Below, in pieces: positions 60,601-64,000 of a stretch of DNA of 64,000 nucleotides (the stretch's first letter is position 1; every line of letters begins with the position of its first letter). Both the position numbers and the translations under genes were made by a program. The DNA lies in the NCBI RefSeq assembly GCF_036365525.1, contig NC_090399.1:59180430-59244429 (forward strand), written 5' to 3'. The notes below the pieces were generated by a model. It was not told where the DNA came from. It worked only from the letters and a program-made list of their open reading frames with translations, and searched no databases. Origin of the DNA: Heterodontus francisci (taxonomy: Eukaryota).

Positions 60601-62218
60601 GTACTGAGGGAGGGCTGCACTGTCAGAGGATAAGTACTGAGGGAGTGCTGCACTGTCGGTGGGTCAGTACTGAGGGAGAGCTGCATTGTCAGTGGGTCGG
60701 TACTGAGGGAGTGCTGCATTGTCGGTGGGTCAGTACTGAGGGAAAGCTGCACTGTCGGTGGGTCAGTACTGAGGGAGAGCTGCACTGTCGGTGGGTCAGT
60801 ACTGAGGGAGAGCTGCACTGTCGGTGGGTCGGTACAGAGGGTGAGCTGCATTGTCAGAGGGTCAATACTGAGGGAGGGCTGCACTGTCAGAGAGTAAGTA
60901 CTGAGGGACAGCTGCATTGTCGGTGGGTCGGTACTGAGGGAGAGCTGCACTGTCAGAGGGTCAGTACTGAGGGAGTGCTGCACTGTCGGTGGGTCAGTAC
61001 TGAGGGAGTGCTGCACTGTCGGTGGGTCAGTACTGAGGGAGGGCTGCACTGTCGGTGGGTCAGTACTGAGGGAGGGCTGCACTGTCAGAGGGTAAGTACT
61101 GAGGGAGTGCTGCATTGTCGGTGGGTCGGTACTGAGGGAGAGCTGCACTGTCGGTGGGTCAGTACTGAGGGAGGGCTGCACTGTCAGAGGATAAGTACTG
61201 AGGGTGTGCTGCACTGTCGGTGGGTCAGTACTGAGGGAGTGCTGGATTGTCGGTGGGTCAGTACTGAGGGAGGGCTGCACTGTCAGAGGGTAAGTACTGA
61301 GGGAGTGCTGCATTGTCGGTGGGTCGGTACTGAGGGAGAGCTGCACTGTCGGTGGGTCAGTACTGAGGGAGGGCTGCACTGTCAGAGGATAAGTACTGAG
61401 GGAGTGCTGCACTGTCGGTGGGTCAGTACTGAGGGAAAGCTGCATTGTCAGTGGGTCGGTACTGAGGGAGTGCTGCATTGTCGGTGGGTCAGTCCTGAGG
61501 GAAAGCTGCAGTGTCGTTGGGTCAGTACTGAGGGAGTGCTGCACTGTCGGTGGGTCAGTACTGAGGGAGAGCTGCACTGTCGGTGGGTCAGTTCTGAGGG
61601 AGAGCTGCACTGTCAGTGGGTCAGTACTGAGGGAGAGCTGCACTGTCGGTGGGTCAGTACTGAGGGAGAGCTGCATTGTCGGTGGGTCAGTACTGAGGGA
61701 GAGCTGCATTGTCGGTGGGTCAGTACTGAGGGAGAGCTGCATTGTCGGTGGGTCAGTATTGAGGGAAAGCTGCATTGTCAGAGGGTAAGTACTGAGGGAG
61801 GGCTGCACTGTCAGAGGGTAAGTACTGAGGGAGGGCTGCACTGTCAGAGGGTAAGTACTGAGGGACAGCTGCATTGTCGGTGGGTCGGTACTGAGGGAGA
61901 GCTGCACTGTCGGTGGGTCAGTACTGAAGGAGTGCTGCATTGTCAGAGGGTCAGTACTGAGGGAGGGCTGCACTGTCAGAGGGTAAGTACTGAGGGACAG
62001 CTGCATTGTCGGTGGGTCGGTACTGAGGGAGAGCTGCACTGTCGGTGGGTCCGTACTGAGGGAGAGCTGCACTGTCGGTGGGTCGGTACTGAGAGAGAGC
62101 TGCATTGTCAGAGGGTCAATACTGAGGGAGGGCTGCACTGTCAGAGGGTAAGTACTGAGGGACAGCTGCATTGTTGGTGGGTCGGTACTGAGGGAGAGCT
62201 GCAGTGTCGGAGGTGCCA
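57596..62218. repeat. 33-bp minisatellite cagtactgagggagtgctgcactgtcggtgggt, ~140 copies
   Basis: 11-aa periodicity in ORFs on both strands. Confidence 0.98.
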
Positions 62219-63049
62219 TATACAGGTTAAGAGAGTGGATGATGCTGTGGTAAATGGTGTTTAATGTGGGGAAGTGAGTCGTCATCCACTTTGGACGCAA
62301 CAAAGATAAATGGTGAAAAACTCAGGACTGTTGAGAATCAAAGCGATTTGTTTTAAAAAACAGGAAATGCTGGAAATGTTCAGCCGATCAGGCAGCATCA
62401 GTGGTGGGAAAAACCACGTTAATAATCCGGTGTTTACTGAGGTGGGATTTTCTAGCTGGGGAGAAGAGTTCAGACTGGGTAACCCCTGACTCCATATTTA
62501 GATGGCAGCGTGGAGTTTTAACTACACATTGTGCCTTTGTTTTTTTAACAGGTTCCCTGCCCCAATCCCCAGTCTGATTGATAGGCTCAGCTCGCTGGAG
62601 GGAGTGGAACACTGCAGAAAGGCTCGAGCTCAGGAGCAGGAAGTTTCATGCTGCTTTGGGTAAAGATTGCAGGGTCACAGAGGGTGGGGTGGGGGGCGGG
62701 TGAGGGGGGTTACAGCAAGGTGTCGAGGGTCCGGGTGGGATCGTGTGGGGGTTGGGGGTCAGAGAGAGATGGGGCAGAGATGGTGGATCAGAGACAATAC
62801 AGAATGATCAGAGGGGAGGGTGTGTCATATATCAGAGAAAGAGAGGGAAAGGGTCAAGGAGCAATCATAGAGGAATTAGAGGGAATACAGATAGAGATCA
62901 GAGGGAGAAATCTGAGGGAGAGTTTGGTGGGAGAAATTGGTGGGGGGCCTATGGGAGATCAGAGGGAGATTTTGGAGGGGGATCAGGGTGAGATTGGAGC
63001 GGTGGGGGATAAATCTGAGGGAGATTTTGGAGGGAACTGGGTGAGATTG

Positions 63050-64000
63050 GAGGGATGTCACAGAGAGATTGGAGGGTGTGGTCACAGAGAGATCAGAGGG
63101 AGAGATTGGAGGGTGTGGTCACAGAGAGATAAGAGAGAGAGATTGAAGGGTGTGGTCACAGAGAGATCAGAGGGAGAGATTGGAGGGTGTGGTCACAGAG
63201 AGATCAGAGGGAGAGATTGGAGGGTGTGGTCACAGAGAGATCAGAGAGAGTGATTGGAGGGTGTGGTCACAGAGAGATCAGAGGGAGAGATTGGAGGGTG
63301 TGGCACAGAGAGCTCAGAGGGAGAGATTGGAGGGTGTGGTCACAGAGAGATCAGAGAGAGTGATTGGAGGGTGTGGTCACAGAGAGATCAGAGGGAGAGA
63401 TTGGAGGGTGTGGCACAGAGAGCTCAGAGGGAGAGATTGGAGGGTGTGGTCACAGAGAGATCAGAGAGAGACATTGGAGGGTGTGGTCACAGAGAGATCA
63501 GAGGGAGAGATTGGTGGGTGTGGTCACTGAGAGATCAGAGGGAGAGATTGGAGGGTGTGGTCACAGAGAGATCAGAGGGAGAGATTGGAGGGTGTGGTCA
63601 CAGAGAGATCAGAGGGAGAGATTGGTGGGTGTGGTCACTGAGAGATCAGAGGGAGAGATTGGAGGGTGTGGTCACAGAGAGATCAGAGAGAGAGATTCTA
63701 GTGTGTGGTCATAGAGAGATCAGAGGGAAAGATTGGAGTTCGTGGTCACAGAGAGATCAGAGAGAGTGATTGGAGGGTGTGGTCACAGAGAGCTCAGAGG
63801 GAGAGATTGGTGGGTGTGGTCACAGAGAGATCAGAGAGAGAGATTGGAGGGTGTGGTCACATAGAGATCAGATGGAAAGAGTGGAGTGTGTGGTCACAGA
63901 GAGATCAGAGAGAGAGATTGGAGAGTGTGGTCACCGAGAGATCAGAGGGAGAGATTGGTGGGTGTGGTCACTGAGAGATCAGAGGGAGGGATTGGAGGGT
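63050..64000. repeat. 37-bp minisatellite ggagggtgtggtcacagagagatcagagggagagatt, runs off the window
   Basis: Period read directly (63181 to 63218); degenerate precursor units from ~62760. Confidence 0.95.

Noticed and set aside
57990-62303. 1437-aa (minus) and 1287-aa (plus) ORFs resembling mucin or His/Cys-repeat proteins
   Set aside because: Both are translations of a 33-bp (3x11) satellite, open on both strands, with no signal peptide, domain or exon structure.
1-64000. Species assignment (SINE and RTE subfamilies recall horn shark, Heterodontus)
   Set aside because: Memory-based only; needs a BLAST search, so not claimed.

Overview
Vertebrate genomic DNA, most likely from a cartilaginous fish (shark), judged from the CR1/L2 LINEs, HE1-like and Deu-type SINEs and the MHC sequence itself. 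The one intact host gene is a minus-strand MHC class I heavy-chain gene resembling the shark classical UAA lineage. I reconstructed it by hand from seven coding exons, all with GT-AG phase-1 junctions: leader 52242-52194, alpha1 33803-33543, alpha2 26542-26270, alpha3 25721-25446, TM 17476-17351, cyt1 16434-16399 and cyt2 16016-15970. The CDS is 1068 nt (355 aa) with no stops or frameshifts. A probable non-coding last exon runs from ~14094 to a polyA signal at 12314-12309, and an X/Y-box, CCAAT and ISRE-like promoter lies at ~52490-52600. About 28 kb (~44%) of the window is tandem repeat, including a 14.4-kb intron-1 array with ~3.2-3.3-kb higher-order structure. Several arrays appear to be amplified copies of functional signals: the intron-1 branch point plus pyrimidine tract, 5' splice sites of introns 1 and 3, an antisense UGUA-AAUAAA/forkhead motif, CCAAT/Y boxes in the 3' UTR, and a 33-bp SINE-core segment. 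The rest is decayed retroelements (CR1, L2, RTE, copia, retrovirus-like gag/pro/integrase), a hAT transposon and MITEs. All very long ORFs in the track are repeat artefacts. I see no CRISPR array or prokaryote-type system. The most novel candidate is the set of splice- and processing-signal-seeded minisatellites inside an apparently functional MHC-I gene; whether they do anything is untested.
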